A DNA stretch of 64,000 bases from an uncultured Gammaproteobacteria bacterium (GTDB taxonomy: Bacteria; Pseudomonadota; Gammaproteobacteria; Eutrophobiales; Eutrophobiaceae), in NCBI GenBank assembly GCA_943788005.1, contig CALSOP010000003.1, positions 68,690 to 132,689 of the forward strand. Reading direction: 5' to 3'. The notes under the pieces are model-generated. The model saw nothing but the letters and a program-made list of their open reading frames with translations, made no database searches and was not told the origin of the DNA. The translations under genes and the position numbers were made by a program. Below are positions 32,491-43,445 of this stretch, in pieces (within the stretch, counting starts at the first letter, position 1; the number at the start of each line of letters is the position of its first letter).

Positions 32491-33309
32491 ATTCCAATAC
32501 CTAAATGTACAATTCCAAAAACAAAAACAGGGCCCGCAGCCGTCAAACTATCTATTCTATCCATCACCCCACCATGCCCAGGCAAAATAGATCCACTATC
32601 TTTAATATCTGCTTCACGTTTCACCATGCTTTCCATTAAGTCGCCAATTATTGATATTGAAACTGTCAAAAAAGACAGTCCAATTAATGCTATGCCATCA
32701 TTTAGCATTTCAACTGAAACAATAACATATGCTAGTGCTATGGCAATGCCAGCAACAATTCCGCCAATACTACCTTCCCATGTTTTTCCGGGGCTGACAC
32801 GATTTGCAAGTCGACGTTTACCCCATTTTTTACCGACAAAATAGGCCGCTGTGTCTGCTCCCCAGATAAGCGCCATGAGAAGCATTATTAATGTAGCGCC
32901 ATTCCCAGGGAAAGATTTTAGAACGGTCAAACTTACCCACATTGGAATTAGTAACAGTTGTCCGATGACTAGTAGAGCTAGCGGCGATTTTGGTAAAAAA
33001 TTGTGCTGTTTTTGATATAAAAACACCAAAACGACAGCAATGAACCAATAGACCACACCACTCAATATAAGACTATTATTAAAGACTGTTATTACTAGCC
33101 GAATACAAACCCACTAAAATCAGCAGCGTAATTAAACTATATAAATATTGATATTTTTTACTTGTTTTGCAAAGACCAGCCCACTCCCATGCACCTATTG
33201 TCACAAACACAGCAAACAAAGCAGAAAACCATACCGTATCGAGTAAAAAAATAACCGCTATTACAATCGGTATCAGTATTGCGGCCGTAATGATTCTTTG
33301 TTTAAGCAT
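32487..33309 (-). pseudogene. cdsA: phosphatidate cytidylyltransferase CdsA, single frame break as sequenced
   Basis: The N-terminal 76-aa ORF ([16 protein letters not shown]…) and the 192-aa ORF carrying the CTP-transferase motif ([28 protein letters not shown]) are split near 33066-33090. That region holds a short direct repeat aataacagtctt/aataatagtctt. Confidence 0.85.
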
Positions 33310-33317
33310 TCTTACAA

Positions 33318-34064
33318 TTATGAATTTTGTGTCTGTTCAATTTGTTCAGATGTTTTGCCAAATCGCCTTTGGCGCTTAGAGAACCAATCTATTGCAATAT
33401 CGAATTTCTTTGTATCAAAATCCGGCCATAGCGTTTCCGTAAAATAAAGTTCCGAGTACGCTATTTGCCACAAAAGATAATTACTGATGCGTTGCTCTCC
33501 ACCAGTGCGAATGAAAAGTTCGGGATCTTTGTGATCTGCTAATGATAATTTATTACTGAACAGCGCTTCATTTACATCCTCAATCTTGATTTTGTTAGAT
33601 TCAATTTCCTTTGCTATTCCCTGAACAGCCTGAACAATATCCCAACGACCACTATAATTAGCCGCAATACATAGAGACAAGCCAGTATTGGAGGCCGTTA
33701 ATGTTTCAGAGTCATTTATTGAGTTTTGCAACTTGCGGCTAAATCCTGAGCGGTCACCGATAAACTTCAACTTAACGTTATTCTTGTGTAAGTCTTTCAC
33801 TTCCGAGTTTAACGCCGAAATAAATAAATCCATTAATAAATCGACTTCACTTTCAGGCCTTTGCCAATTTTCTCGACTAAATGCATAAACTGTAATCGCA
33901 TCTAATTTGATTTTGACCGAATGCTCAATCAGATTTCTAAGTGTTTTAACACCGGCGCGATGACCCGCAACTCTTGGTAGGCCTCTCGACTTTGCCCATC
34001 TGCCGTTACCATCCATAATAATTGCAACATGCTCAGGCTTAGTAACTGTGGACTTAGCATTCAT
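33318..34064 (-). CDS. uppS: undecaprenyl diphosphate synthase
   Basis: [22 protein letters not shown], and [23 protein letters not shown]. Confidence 0.95.
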   Translation of the reverse strand: MNAKSTVTKPEHVAIIMDGNGRWAKSRGLPRVAGHRAGVKTLRNLIEHSVKIKLDAITVYAFSRENWQRPESEVDLLMDLFISALNSEVKDLHKNNVKLKFIGDRSGFSRKLQNSINDSETLTASNTGLSLCIAANYSGRWDIVQAVQGIAKEIESNKIKIEDVNEALFSNKLSLADHKDPELFIRTGGEQRISNYLLWQIAYSELYFTETLWPDFDTKKFDIAIDWFSKRQRRFGKTSEQIEQTQNS

Positions 34065-34143
34065 CTAATAATGCGCTATCTGACTAATGAGAAACAATCG
34101 TTGATTGTTAAATAGGTTGGATGCCACTTAACTATTAAAAGGT

Positions 34144-34701
34144 CTAGATCTCAAGCATTTCTGCTTCTTTTTGTTCCAGATTTTTATCAATCGTCGCAAT
34201 ATGTTCATCCGTTAATTTTTGAATACGACCTTCCGCTTTTCGATCATCATCTTCTGTGATCATTTTTTCTTTGACCAATTCTTTACATGAAGAATTGGCA
34301 TCACGTCTAATATTACGAATCGCTACGCGAGCCTGCTCTGCCTCGCCTCGAACGACCTTTATCAAGTCCTTGCGTCGTTCTTCTGTTAATGGTGGCAAAG
34401 GAATACGAATTACTTCACCGGCCGTCACTGGATTCAACCCCAGATTGGCATTCATAATCGCTTTTTCAATATCCGGGATACTAGACTTTTCATAGGCGTT
34501 TACTCCTAGCGTCCTAGCGTCAACAACATTGACACTAGCCACTTGGTTTAAGGGCGTGTCTGAGCCGTAATATTTGACTTTTACTTGTTCCAATAGACTC
34601 GGATGCGCGCGGCCAGTTCTTATCTTAGACATGTCCACTTTTAGTGACTCGATGCTTTTAAGCATTCTGGTTTTTGCATCACTGATAATATCTTCAACCA
34701 T
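34144..34701 (-). CDS. frr: ribosome recycling factor
   Basis: 185 aa, with …[29 protein letters not shown]…. Confidence 0.95.
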   Translation of the reverse strand: MVEDIISDAKTRMLKSIESLKVDMSKIRTGRAHPSLLEQVKVKYYGSDTPLNQVASVNVVDARTLGVNAYEKSSIPDIEKAIMNANLGLNPVTAGEVIRIPLPPLTEERRKDLIKVVRGEAEQARVAIRNIRRDANSSCKELVKEKMITEDDDRKAEGRIQKLTDEHIATIDKNLEQKEAEMLEI

Positions 34702-34718
34702 ACTACTCGCTCCTAAAA

Positions 34719-35450
34719 CTAGTTATTACTAACCAGAGTTCCTTCGTCTTCACCTCTGGCAGCATTCAATAGTGAACCGGGTTTAGTCATATCTAAAACC
34801 CTTAACGGCATTTGATTATCCCTGCAAAGAACAACTGCAGTGGTATCCATAACACCGAGTTTTCGTTCAATCACTTCATCATAATTCAGCGAATCATAAC
34901 GAACAGCATCTTTATCTTTCACTGGATCAGCAGAATACACACCATCCACTTTTGTTGCCTTGATCAATAATTCAGCACCAATCTCAATCGCACGTAAGCT
35001 GGCAGCAGAGTCTGTTGTAAAAAAAGGATTGCCGGTTCCTGCAGCAAGTATCACAACACGCCCTTTTTCTAGATGACGCACTGCACGACGACGAATGTAG
35101 TCTTCACAGACCTGATTGATCTTTAGAGCCGACATAACTCTTGCATGTAGCTGAACACGTTCAAGAGCATCTTGCATGGCAAGCGAATTCATGATTGTTG
35201 CTAACATACCCATATGATCACCGGTTACACGATCTATACCTGCAGCAGCCAAGCCAGTCCCTCTAAAGATATTTCCTCCGCCTATAACAATGGCAATCTC
35301 TGCACCTTGCTGGCATAAAACCGCGATCTCTCCGGCAATACGTTCAATGACATTGGGGTCAATGCCATAGGACTCATCCCCCATCAATGCCTCGCCACTA
35401 AGCTTTAGCAATACCCGCCTATATTTTAATGTATTGGACGGGGAGGACAA
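34719..35450 (-). CDS. pyrH: UMP kinase
   Basis: [13 protein letters not shown]…[11 protein letters not shown]. Confidence 0.95.
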   Translation of the reverse strand: MSSPSNTLKYRRVLLKLSGEALMGDESYGIDPNVIERIAGEIAVLCQQGAEIAIVIGGGNIFRGTGLAAAGIDRVTGDHMGMLATIMNSLAMQDALERVQLHARVMSALKINQVCEDYIRRRAVRHLEKGRVVILAAGTGNPFFTTDSAASLRAIEIGAELLIKATKVDGVYSADPVKDKDAVRYDSLNYDEVIERKLGVMDTTAVVLCRDNQMPLRVLDMTKPGSLLNAARGEDEGTLVSNN

Positions 35451-35454
35451 TTAT

Positions 35455-36324
35455 CTAAGCTCCCTTCGCCTGGGACATGACTTCTTCAGCAAAATTATCG
35501 ACTTTCTTTTCAATGCCTTCGCCGACTTCATAACGACGGAATGATAAGACTGAAGCATTTGCAGATTTTAGAAGTTTTTCTACAGTTTGATCTGGATCTT
35601 TGACATAAGGCTGTCCGAGCAAGGTAATTTCTTTGAGAAATTTCTTGATTCGGCCAGTAACCATTTTCTCTATGATTTCAGGAGGTTTGCCGCTTTCCTC
35701 AGCCTGTGCCGAAAATATTTCTTTTTCCTTATCCAGAATATCTTGCGACACTTCATCTTCACTAACGCAAACTGGCTTACTAGCTGCTATATGCATTGCC
35801 AGATCCTTTGCCAAGGCTTCGTCACCACCCTCAATCTCAACAATCACACCGATGCGATTGCCGTGCAAATAATTTCCAATTTGGCCTTCTGAAGATAGTT
35901 TTTCAAAACGTCTAACTGTTATTTTTTCACCTATCTTGGCTATCAATTGCTGATTTGCTTCCTCAATTGTCCGCTCGCCAGCACTCAATCCCATTAACGT
36001 TTCAACATCAGCGGGGTTATGAGTGTCGATAGCTTCAATAACACTATCCGCAAAGTTAAGAAAATTTTCATCTTTTGCTACGAAATCAGTTTCACAATTA
36101 ATTTCTAAAATGATGGCACTTTTATCGCTCTGCGTAACAGAAATTATGCCTTCAGCAGCAATTCGACCTGCTTTCTTAGCAGCATTTGCTGCACCAGACT
36201 TACGCATTTCTTCAATCGCGACTTCGATATCACCATCGGCTTCGTTCAAAGCCTTTTTACAATCCATCATCCCCGCACCAGTACGTTCACGGAGCTCTTT
36301 AACCATCGAGGCAGTAATTTGCAT
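35455..36324 (-). CDS. tsf: elongation factor Ts
   Basis: [24 protein letters not shown]. Confidence 0.95.
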   Translation of the reverse strand: MQITASMVKELRERTGAGMMDCKKALNEADGDIEVAIEEMRKSGAANAAKKAGRIAAEGIISVTQSDKSAIILEINCETDFVAKDENFLNFADSVIEAIDTHNPADVETLMGLSAGERTIEEANQQLIAKIGEKITVRRFEKLSSEGQIGNYLHGNRIGVIVEIEGGDEALAKDLAMHIAASKPVCVSEDEVSQDILDKEKEIFSAQAEESGKPPEIIEKMVTGRIKKFLKEITLLGQPYVKDPDQTVEKLLKSANASVLSFRRYEVGEGIEKKVDNFAEEVMSQAKGA

Positions 36325-36374
36325 CAGATATTCCTCTAAATTTCTTTTAAATCAATGAATAATAGAATTAATCG

Positions 36375-37352
36375 CTACTCTTCATCTTCTGTCTTTGCAG
36401 CAGTTTTTTTGGCAACTTTTTTCTTTTTAGCTACCTTCTTTTTAGCTACTTTCTTTTTAGTCGTGTCTGCATCAGTAGAACCTGAATCAGCTTCTTCTAC
36501 TCCATCGGCACTCACCTCATCACTTTCAGCCTTCTTTGCTACTTTTTTCTTAGCTGCTTTTTTAGCGACTTTTGGCTTAACACTGGTTTCTTCAACAGCT
36601 TCTACAGGTGCGCCAGATTCATCAATTTCTATTAACTCATCACTATTTTCAGAGCCACCCAAATGCGCAACAGACTGGCGGCTATCAAGAATGGCATCAG
36701 CTATACCCTTGGCATACAGCGATATAGAACGAATAGCGTCATCATTCCCTGGGATTACATAATCAACACCTTTTAGGCTATTGTTACTATCGACAACACC
36801 CACTACAGGTATGCCAAGCTTTACAGCTTCACTGACAGCAATGTTTTCGTAGCCCACATCAATAATAAATATTGCGTCTGGGATGCCCTTCATATCTTTA
36901 ATACCCGATAAATTGGCTTCCAACTTTTCTAGCTCGCGCCTCAGCATGAGCTGTTCTTTTTTATTTATGCGTTCTAGACGGCCATCCGTTTGCATCGCTT
37001 CAATTTCTTTCAGTCGATTAATCGAGCCACGCACAGTCTTGAAGTTAGTTAATAAACCGCCCAACCAGCGACGATTGATATACGGCATACCGCAGCGTTT
37101 TGCTTCTTCAGCAACAATTGATTGTGCAGAACGTTTAGTACCGACAAATAATATCGTACCCTTTTTTGAAGCCATTTTACTGACGTAATTGACAGCTTCT
37201 TCGTATAAAGGGAGCGTTTTTTCCAGATTGATAATATGGATTTTATTGCGCTGACCAAATAAGTATGGTGCCATACTGGGGTTCCAGTATCGGGTTTGGT
37301 GGCCAAAATGAACACCAGCCTCCAGCATTTCACGCATGGTGACGTTAGACAT
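36375..37352 (-). CDS. rpsB: 30S ribosomal protein S2 with ~85-aa Lys/Ala/acidic C-terminal extension
   Basis: [20 protein letters not shown] and a canonical S2 core to about residue 240. This is followed by a low-complexity tail …[16 protein letters not shown]…[29 protein letters not shown]. Confidence 0.95.
   Translation of the reverse strand: MSNVTMREMLEAGVHFGHQTRYWNPSMAPYLFGQRNKIHIINLEKTLPLYEEAVNYVSKMASKKGTILFVGTKRSAQSIVAEEAKRCGMPYINRRWLGGLLTNFKTVRGSINRLKEIEAMQTDGRLERINKKEQLMLRRELEKLEANLSGIKDMKGIPDAIFIIDVGYENIAVSEAVKLGIPVVGVVDSNNSLKGVDYVIPGNDDAIRSISLYAKGIADAILDSRQSVAHLGGSENSDELIEIDESGAPVEAVEETSVKPKVAKKAAKKKVAKKAESDEVSADGVEEADSGSTDADTTKKKVAKKKVAKKKKVAKKTAAKTEDEE
36420..36464. repeat. 3 x 15-nt tandem repeat inside the rpsB tail (encodes KKVAK units)
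   Basis: tttctttttagctac / cttctttttagctac / tttctttttagtcgt read directly from the plus strand. Confidence 0.7.
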
Positions 37353-37486
37353 GTTAAGTTCTCCTGTTTAGGGTTAAGCCTCCGCATTCCCCATATACCA
37401 ACCTGTCAAAATCTAATCCTGACAGGCACCCTATATATGGTTGAAGCATGCGTGTGACGGTTAATTAATGTATTTGCGAAAATCGC
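37353..37486 (-). promoter_or_regulatory. structured rpsB-tsf 5' leader (candidate S2 autoregulatory element)
   Basis: On the minus strand there are nested helices CCATATA…CCTGTCA-(12 nt)-TGACAGG…TATATGG (plus-strand 37391-37440), followed by SD AGGAG 7 nt before the ATG. Gammaproteobacterial rpsB leaders are known to be structured and S2-regulated. Confidence 0.4.
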
Positions 37487-37492
37487 GGACGC

Positions 37493-37501
37493 TTTATACC
37501 A
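37493..37501 (-). promoter_or_regulatory. extended -10 promoter element for rpsB (TGGTATAAA)
   Basis: The minus strand reads ctaTGGTATAAAgcg, which fits TGnTATAAT. It resembles the conserved extended -10 (TGTGGTATAAA) described for E. coli rpsB. Confidence 0.4.
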
Positions 37502-37552
37502 TAGAACATATACAACAACAATTACCAAAGCCCATAAATGGACTACTGAATC

Positions 37553-38321
37553 ATGACTGCAACTATCAAAACTGCCGATGAAATTGAAAAAATGCGCGTA
37601 GCTGGACGGCTCGCTGCTGAAGTATTGGAGATGATTGGCCCAAAAGTACAAAGTGGTGTAACCACTGAAGAACTTGACCGAATTTGCCACGATTATATCG
37701 TAAATGAACAACAAGCTATCCCAGCGCCACTGAATTATCATGGATTCCCGAAATCAATTTGCACCTCCGTTAACCATGTCGTTTGTCATGGGATACCAGG
37801 CGAAAAAAGACTCAAAAATGGCGATATCATCAATATAGACATTACTGTTATCAAAGATGGTTATCATGGCGACACCAGTAAGATGTTTTACATCGGCGAA
37901 CCATCTATCCGGGCAAAACGACTAGTTGATATCACCTATGAATGTATGAAAAAAGGTATCCAACTAGTCCGTGCGGGTGTTTGTCTAGGGGATATAGGTC
38001 ATGCAATACAAACTCACGCGGAACAAAATAACTGCTCGGTGGTACGAGAATATTGCGGCCATGGTATTGGCAAGGAATTTCATGAAGATCCCGCAAATCG
38101 TGCATTACGGCAAACCGAACACTGGTTTCAAACTGGAATCAGGTATGACCATTACCATCGAACCAATGATTAATTTAGGCAAGCGTGAAGTCAAATTACT
38201 ATCCGATGATTGGACAGTGGTAACTCGAGATCGAAGTTTATCTGCGCAATGGGAACATACCGTACTTGTTACAGACGATGGTTATGAAGTCCTAACTGCT
38301 CGTCCAGATGAAGAATATTAA
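37553..38321 (+). pseudogene. map: methionine aminopeptidase type I, single frame break as sequenced (probably functional in vivo)
   Basis: ORFs 37553..38173 and 38001..38321 join as …[16 protein letters not shown]|[27 protein letters not shown]… if one C is removed from the C-run at 38090-38092. Confidence 0.9.
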
Positions 38322-38324
38322 GTA

Positions 38325-40973
38325 ATGAAGAAAAATATTATCGCAGACAAATTTTTATTTGATAAGTCTCTGTTCCTGCAAGAACTGAAACAGCAAGACC
38401 AACCTTTAAAAATCTTCAAAAAGACCTTAAAAGACGGATACGAATATCTCGCCGAGCAGTTCAATTCTGGCGAAAATATTGAACTGATCATCAAAAGACA
38501 AAGTTGGTTCATAGATCAATTGCTCATTATTGCCTGGCAACAGTTTGTTGACTCTGAGGACTACTGCTTAGTTGCAGTAGGCGGCTATGGCCGTTCTGAG
38601 CTATTACTCGCATCAGACATTGATCTTATGATCCTCGAAAAGCGATGGGCAAACAAGAACAACAAACAACAAGTGTCTTCATTTCTTACCTTTTTATGGG
38701 ACTTTGGGCTTGAAGTTGGCCACAGCGTCAGGACAGTGAAGGAATGTCAGTATGAAGCAAAAAATGACATTACGGTTATGACAAATATCATGGAGTCCAG
38801 ATTGCTTTTTGGTAATGAAAAGCTGTATGAAAAAATGCGTCATGCAACAAGTCCTAAAAAAATCTGGCCGACACGAAAATATTTCGAGTCCAAGTTAGTT
38901 GAACAAAAAATGCGTCATGAAAAATACAATGACTCTTCAAGTAAACTCGAACCGAACGTAAAAGAATCACCAGGTGGATTAAGGGATATCCAGATGATTA
39001 GTTGGGTCGCCAAACGTCATTTTGACAATATTGATCTAAGCAGTCTCGTAAAGCACAAATTTCTCACCTCTGATGAATATAAGCTCCTTGAAGCAGGACG
39101 AAATTTACTCTGGCGCGTTCGATTTGCCTTGCATATGACAACAGGCCGACGTGAAGACCGTTTGCTTTTTGAATTTCAAAGGCCTGTAGCAGAATTGATG
39201 GGATTCTCCAGTAAAGACAATAAAGGTATCGAAGAATTCATGAAAATGTATTTCAAAGCGATACGAGAAATCATCCGTTTGAATGAAATGCTACTACAAC
39301 ATTTTCAAGAAGAAATAATCTACAAAAAACGCAAAGAGAAAATTGTTCCTATTAATGTTCGTTTTCAGAAAAGAAACGACTACATAGAAGTCGTCAATAA
39401 AAATATTTTTAAACGCTATCCATTTGCTTTGTTCGAAATTTTTTTACTCTGTCAGCAAGATACAAAAACTAAAGGTGTGCGCGCTAGCACAATACGACTT
39501 ATCAGAAGTAATCTGCATTTAATAGATGATAATTTTCGAAATGATATACGAAACAAAAGCTTGTTTATGGAGATCATAAGACAACCAAATAAGGTAGGAC
39601 ACAAACTTAGAATGATGCACCGCTATGGCGTCTTAGCGGCATATATGCCTGCATTTGCAGCGATCGAAGGACAGATGCAATTTGATTTATTTCATATTTT
39701 TACTGTTGATGAACACACCTTGGCTGTCATACAGAATATGCGATTATTCAGCACTGATGATTGCAAAGAGAAATTTCCACTTTGTCATGCGTTATCAAGA
39801 AACTTACCGAAACTTGAATTACTTTACCTTGCGGGTCTATTTCATGACATTGCTAAAGGTCGTGGAGGGAATCACGCTAAACTTGGAGCAAAAGATGCAC
39901 TTGAGTTTTGTAAATTGCATCAACTGAGTGATTACGATTCTAAACTAGTAGCATGGCTAGTCGAAAAACACCTGATAATGAGTAGTACCGCGCAACGTGA
40001 AGATATTGATGACCCTGATGTAATAATGAATTTTGCCAATGAAGTTCGTGACCAAAATCATCTAGACTATCTTCATCTTTTGACAGTAGCAGATATTTGC
40101 GGCACTAATCCAGAACTCTGGAATAATTGGCGAGGCACATTACTGACCACACTCTATCACCACACCCTATATGAGTTAAGACGCAGCAATGAAAAACCTA
40201 TACTGAAAAGAGAACGAATAAAAAATACCCGTCAAGAGTCACTTGGATTGATCAATAACGAAGCTTTAAGCGAAAAACGCATCATCGAACATTGGAAAAC
40301 CGTCGGTGAAGAGTACTTCCTTAGGCATAGGTCAGAAGAGATTGCATGGCATACAGAAGGTATACTTAATCACGTAAATAAAGACGCCCCTCTTGTTTTA
40401 ATCAAAAAAGAATCAAATCGTGGAGGTAGCCTTATCTTTGTCTACATGCAAGATAGAAAGCATATTTTTGCAACCACGACTAAGTCTATTGAAAAACTCG
40501 GCCTAAATGTGGTCGATGCAAAAATCATAACTAACCGTAAAAATTTTACGCTAGATACTTTTATAGTATTAGAAAACAATGGAAGTCTGATTAAAACAAA
40601 CGAACGATGTAACGAGATCAAGAAACGTATTTTAAACGATTTAAATTCTTCATCAGGCATACCTGAAAAAGGGAAATGGGTCGAGAAAAGACAATTAAAA
40701 AGTTTTTCTATACCAACTCGGGTAACCTTTCACTCTGATGAAAAAAACAATCGCAATATCATGGAAGTGAGCACTATAGATCGTCCGGGCGTCTTATCTC
40801 GTATAGGCATTGCTATGGACTTGTGTGATGTAAAGTTATTGAATGCAAAAATAGCGACTTATGGCGAACGTGTAGAGGACATTTTTTATTTACAAGATAA
40901 TGAAAACAATATGATTGATGATCCACTGAAATTTGAATTTTTAAAGAATTTAATTATTGATGCGCTTTGCTGA
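38325..40973 (+). CDS. glnD: [protein-PII] uridylyltransferase/uridylyl-removing enzyme
   Basis: 882 aa with a nucleotidyltransferase motif (VAVGGYGRSELLLASDIDLMIL), an HD domain (LFHDIAKGRGGNH) and two C-terminal ACT domains. Conserved map-glnD order. Confidence 0.95.
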   Translation: MKKNIIADKFLFDKSLFLQELKQQDQPLKIFKKTLKDGYEYLAEQFNSGENIELIIKRQSWFIDQLLIIAWQQFVDSEDYCLVAVGGYGRSELLLASDIDLMILEKRWANKNNKQQVSSFLTFLWDFGLEVGHSVRTVKECQYEAKNDITVMTNIMESRLLFGNEKLYEKMRHATSPKKIWPTRKYFESKLVEQKMRHEKYNDSSSKLEPNVKESPGGLRDIQMISWVAKRHFDNIDLSSLVKHKFLTSDEYKLLEAGRNLLWRVRFALHMTTGRREDRLLFEFQRPVAELMGFSSKDNKGIEEFMKMYFKAIREIIRLNEMLLQHFQEEIIYKKRKEKIVPINVRFQKRNDYIEVVNKNIFKRYPFALFEIFLLCQQDTKTKGVRASTIRLIRSNLHLIDDNFRNDIRNKSLFMEIIRQPNKVGHKLRMMHRYGVLAAYMPAFAAIEGQMQFDLFHIFTVDEHTLAVIQNMRLFSTDDCKEKFPLCHALSRNLPKLELLYLAGLFHDIAKGRGGNHAKLGAKDALEFCKLHQLSDYDSKLVAWLVEKHLIMSSTAQREDIDDPDVIMNFANEVRDQNHLDYLHLLTVADICGTNPELWNNWRGTLLTTLYHHTLYELRRSNEKPILKRERIKNTRQESLGLINNEALSEKRIIEHWKTVGEEYFLRHRSEEIAWHTEGILNHVNKDAPLVLIKKESNRGGSLIFVYMQDRKHIFATTTKSIEKLGLNVVDAKIITNRKNFTLDTFIVLENNGSLIKTNERCNEIKKRILNDLNSSSGIPEKGKWVEKRQLKSFSIPTRVTFHSDEKNNRNIMEVSTIDRPGVLSRIGIAMDLCDVKLLNAKIATYGERVEDIFYLQDNENNMIDDPLKFEFLKNLIIDALC

Positions 40974-40998
40974 GCGTCTGTTTTATTAACTCCATTGA

Positions 40999-41667
40999 AT
41001 GAGTGTCTCACCGCCAGTCAGCAGGCTAGAATTGCTAGATAGAGCAAAAAGCATAGCGGGACTTACAATTCAACAACTTGCAAATAAAATGGATGTGTCT
41101 ATTCCAGAGTCAACTACTCATGCAAAAGGTTGGTTTGGAAACTTGTTAGAACTCTCGCTTGGCGCAAATGCCGCTAGTGCTCCAGAACCTGACTTTGTAA
41201 ATTTGGGGATTGAATTAAAATCAATTCCTATTGATGATAATGGCAAACCTAAAGAATCAACATACATCTGTGTTACTCAACTCGACCCAGTTGCCTTATC
41301 TTCCTGGGAGTTATCACTGGTAAAATGTAAATTAACTGAAGTATTGTGGATACCCTTTGAAGCAAACAAGAACACGCCTGTGCCGTTGAGGCGGATAGGG
41401 TCAGCTGTATTGTGGCGCCCAAGTACAGAGGAAGAAAAACAATTGCATGATGATTGGCAAGAACTTTGTGACATGATCGTGTTGGGTGAAATTGATAAGA
41501 TTAGTTCCTCCATGGGAAAGTATTTACAAATCAGACCCAAAGCTGCCCATTCCAAAAGCTTGACTAAAGATAAGAACCAAGCGGGTGCAAATAAATTAAC
41601 GCTGCCCCGTGGTTTTTATTTACGTCCTTCTTTTACCCAGACAATTATCTCTAAAAATAGTCACTAG
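40999..41667 (+). CDS. mutH: DNA mismatch repair endonuclease MutH
   Basis: Collinear with E. coli MutH from memory: KGWFGNLLELSLGANAASAPEPDF…GIELKSIP…LWIPFE…YLQIRPKAA…LTLPRGFYLR. Confidence 0.9.
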   Translation: MSVSPPVSRLELLDRAKSIAGLTIQQLANKMDVSIPESTTHAKGWFGNLLELSLGANAASAPEPDFVNLGIELKSIPIDDNGKPKESTYICVTQLDPVALSSWELSLVKCKLTEVLWIPFEANKNTPVPLRRIGSAVLWRPSTEEEKQLHDDWQELCDMIVLGEIDKISSSMGKYLQIRPKAAHSKSLTKDKNQAGANKLTLPRGFYLRPSFTQTIISKNSH

Positions 41668-41677
41668 CTAAGTTGAT

Positions 41678-42664
41678 ATGCACACAAACGAAATAGATAG
41701 GCGCCTTTCAATTGCACCGATGATGGATCATACCGACAAACATTTTCGGTATTTTATGCGTCTGTTGTCAAAACATGCTGTGCTCTATACGGAGATGATA
41801 ACTACCGGGGCATTAATACACGGAGACCGTAAACGATTTCTGGATTTCAACCAAGTTGAACATCCCTTAGCTATACAATTGGGAGGGAATAACCCGACTG
41901 ATCTTGCTGAATGTGCACATATTGCCGAAAGCGAAGGCTATGATGAAGTTAACCTAAATATTGGTTGCCCCAGTGACCGAGTACAGAATGGTCAATTTGG
42001 TGCTTGCTTGATGTCAAACACAGAACTCGTCAGTGATTGCGTCAACAAGATTCAATCTACTGTGGAAATTCCCGTCACAGTAAAAACAAGGATTGGTATT
42101 GATGATCAAGACTCATATGAATTTCTGGAAGACTTCGTCAAAACTATCAGTCAAGCAGGTTGCAATACATTCATAATTCATGCGAGAAAAGCGATCTTAA
42201 GTGGCTTAAGTCCTAAACAAAATAGAGAAATCCCGCCACTAAACTATGATCGCGTTCATAAAATAAAACAGCAATTTCCATCTTTAAATATAACGATCAA
42301 TGGTGGCTTTACCGAGCTAGCGAAAATCAAATCGCAACTAGAACATGTTGATGGCGTTATGGTTGGAAGAGCTGCTTATCAAAACCCCTTTATGTTGGTT
42401 GAAGCAGACAAGCTTCTCTATAAGGACGACTCACCATTGCAAACTCGAGAAGAAATATTGGCCAAATTCAAAGATTACGCAGTTGACCAAATTGGTCGTG
42501 GTTCTAATATTAAAAGCCTAACCCGTCACATCACCGGCCTTTATCAAGGCCAGTCAGGCGCTCGCCAGTATCGTCGGATGCTTTCAGACGCCATCCCTAA
42601 AGAGTTAAATGCTTCTCAATTTCTCGACAAAGTCATCCACTCTGTTTCCAAAAGACCTTCTTGA
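41678..42664 (+). CDS. dusA: tRNA-dihydrouridine(20/20a) synthase
   Basis: LSIAPMMDHTDKHFRYFMRL, NLNIGCPSDRVQNGQFGACLM, and the TIM-barrel FMN pattern. Confidence 0.9.
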   Translation: MHTNEIDRRLSIAPMMDHTDKHFRYFMRLLSKHAVLYTEMITTGALIHGDRKRFLDFNQVEHPLAIQLGGNNPTDLAECAHIAESEGYDEVNLNIGCPSDRVQNGQFGACLMSNTELVSDCVNKIQSTVEIPVTVKTRIGIDDQDSYEFLEDFVKTISQAGCNTFIIHARKAILSGLSPKQNREIPPLNYDRVHKIKQQFPSLNITINGGFTELAKIKSQLEHVDGVMVGRAAYQNPFMLVEADKLLYKDDSPLQTREEILAKFKDYAVDQIGRGSNIKSLTRHITGLYQGQSGARQYRRMLSDAIPKELNASQFLDKVIHSVSKRPS

Positions 42665-42768
42665 ACAAGTAAAATAGAACTAATACCGGGTTGGCTGACT
42701 CATAATTTTGTGGGAACATGTTGTCGCTTCCCATCACTACAAAACATTAAATCTACATTGAGGTTCTT

Positions 42769-43440
42769 ATGAAAATATTTAAATCTGCTTTTGTTTTAAT
42801 TTTAAGTTTTACTTTTCTAAATGTACATGCAGCAAAAGTAGAAACCGACTTGGAAAAAATCAGCTATACATTGGGCGTGGTCTTTGGGGAAAACGTCAAC
42901 CGTCAAGGCATGGAACTGGACACGCCTGCTTTTTTACAAGCAATCGAAGATGTTCTCTCAAGCTCAGAACTCAAACTGAGTAAAGATGACATGCAAGTTA
43001 TCATGCAAGAATTTCAGAAAGCGGAACAAGATAGACAAAATAACCAGGCATCTACAAACAAGGCCAATGGTGAAAAGTACTTAGCTGAAAACAAAACAAA
43101 AGAAGGCGTTACAGAAACAGCTAGTGGTCTGCAATACAAAGTTATAACCGCAGGCACTGGAAAAAAACCTACTAGTGCTAGCAAGGTCCTTGTTCATTAT
43201 CGAGGCACTCTCATTGATGGGACTGAATTTGACAGCTCCTACGCACGTGGTGAACCTGTCGAACTTGGTGTTGGTCAGGTAATAAAAGGCTGGCAAGAAT
43301 CATTGCCGTTGATGGCCGCAGGTTCTAAATGGCAAATCGTCGTGCCTTCAGACTTGGCCTACGGTCAACGTGGCGCTGGTGGCGCTATCGGTCCTAACTC
43401 AACCTTATTATTTGATATCGAGCTTATTGAGATTAAATAA
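42769..43440 (+). CDS. fkpA: periplasmic FKBP-type peptidyl-prolyl cis-trans isomerase (FkpA/Mip-like)
   Basis: Signal peptide, an N-terminal dimerisation helix, and the FKBP core SGLQYKVI…VHYRGTLIDGTEFDSS…GWQE…LAYG…IGPNSTLLFDIELI. Confidence 0.85.
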   Translation: MKIFKSAFVLILSFTFLNVHAAKVETDLEKISYTLGVVFGENVNRQGMELDTPAFLQAIEDVLSSSELKLSKDDMQVIMQEFQKAEQDRQNNQASTNKANGEKYLAENKTKEGVTETASGLQYKVITAGTGKKPTSASKVLVHYRGTLIDGTEFDSSYARGEPVELGVGQVIKGWQESLPLMAAGSKWQIVVPSDLAYGQRGAGGAIGPNSTLLFDIELIEIK

Positions 43441-43445
43441 GCTAA

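Noticed and set aside
36355-36762. 135-aa plus-strand ORF rich in F/L/A/S/T
   Set aside because: It is an antisense shadow of the Lys/Ala-repeat tail of rpsB. The repetitive codons keep the opposite strand open.
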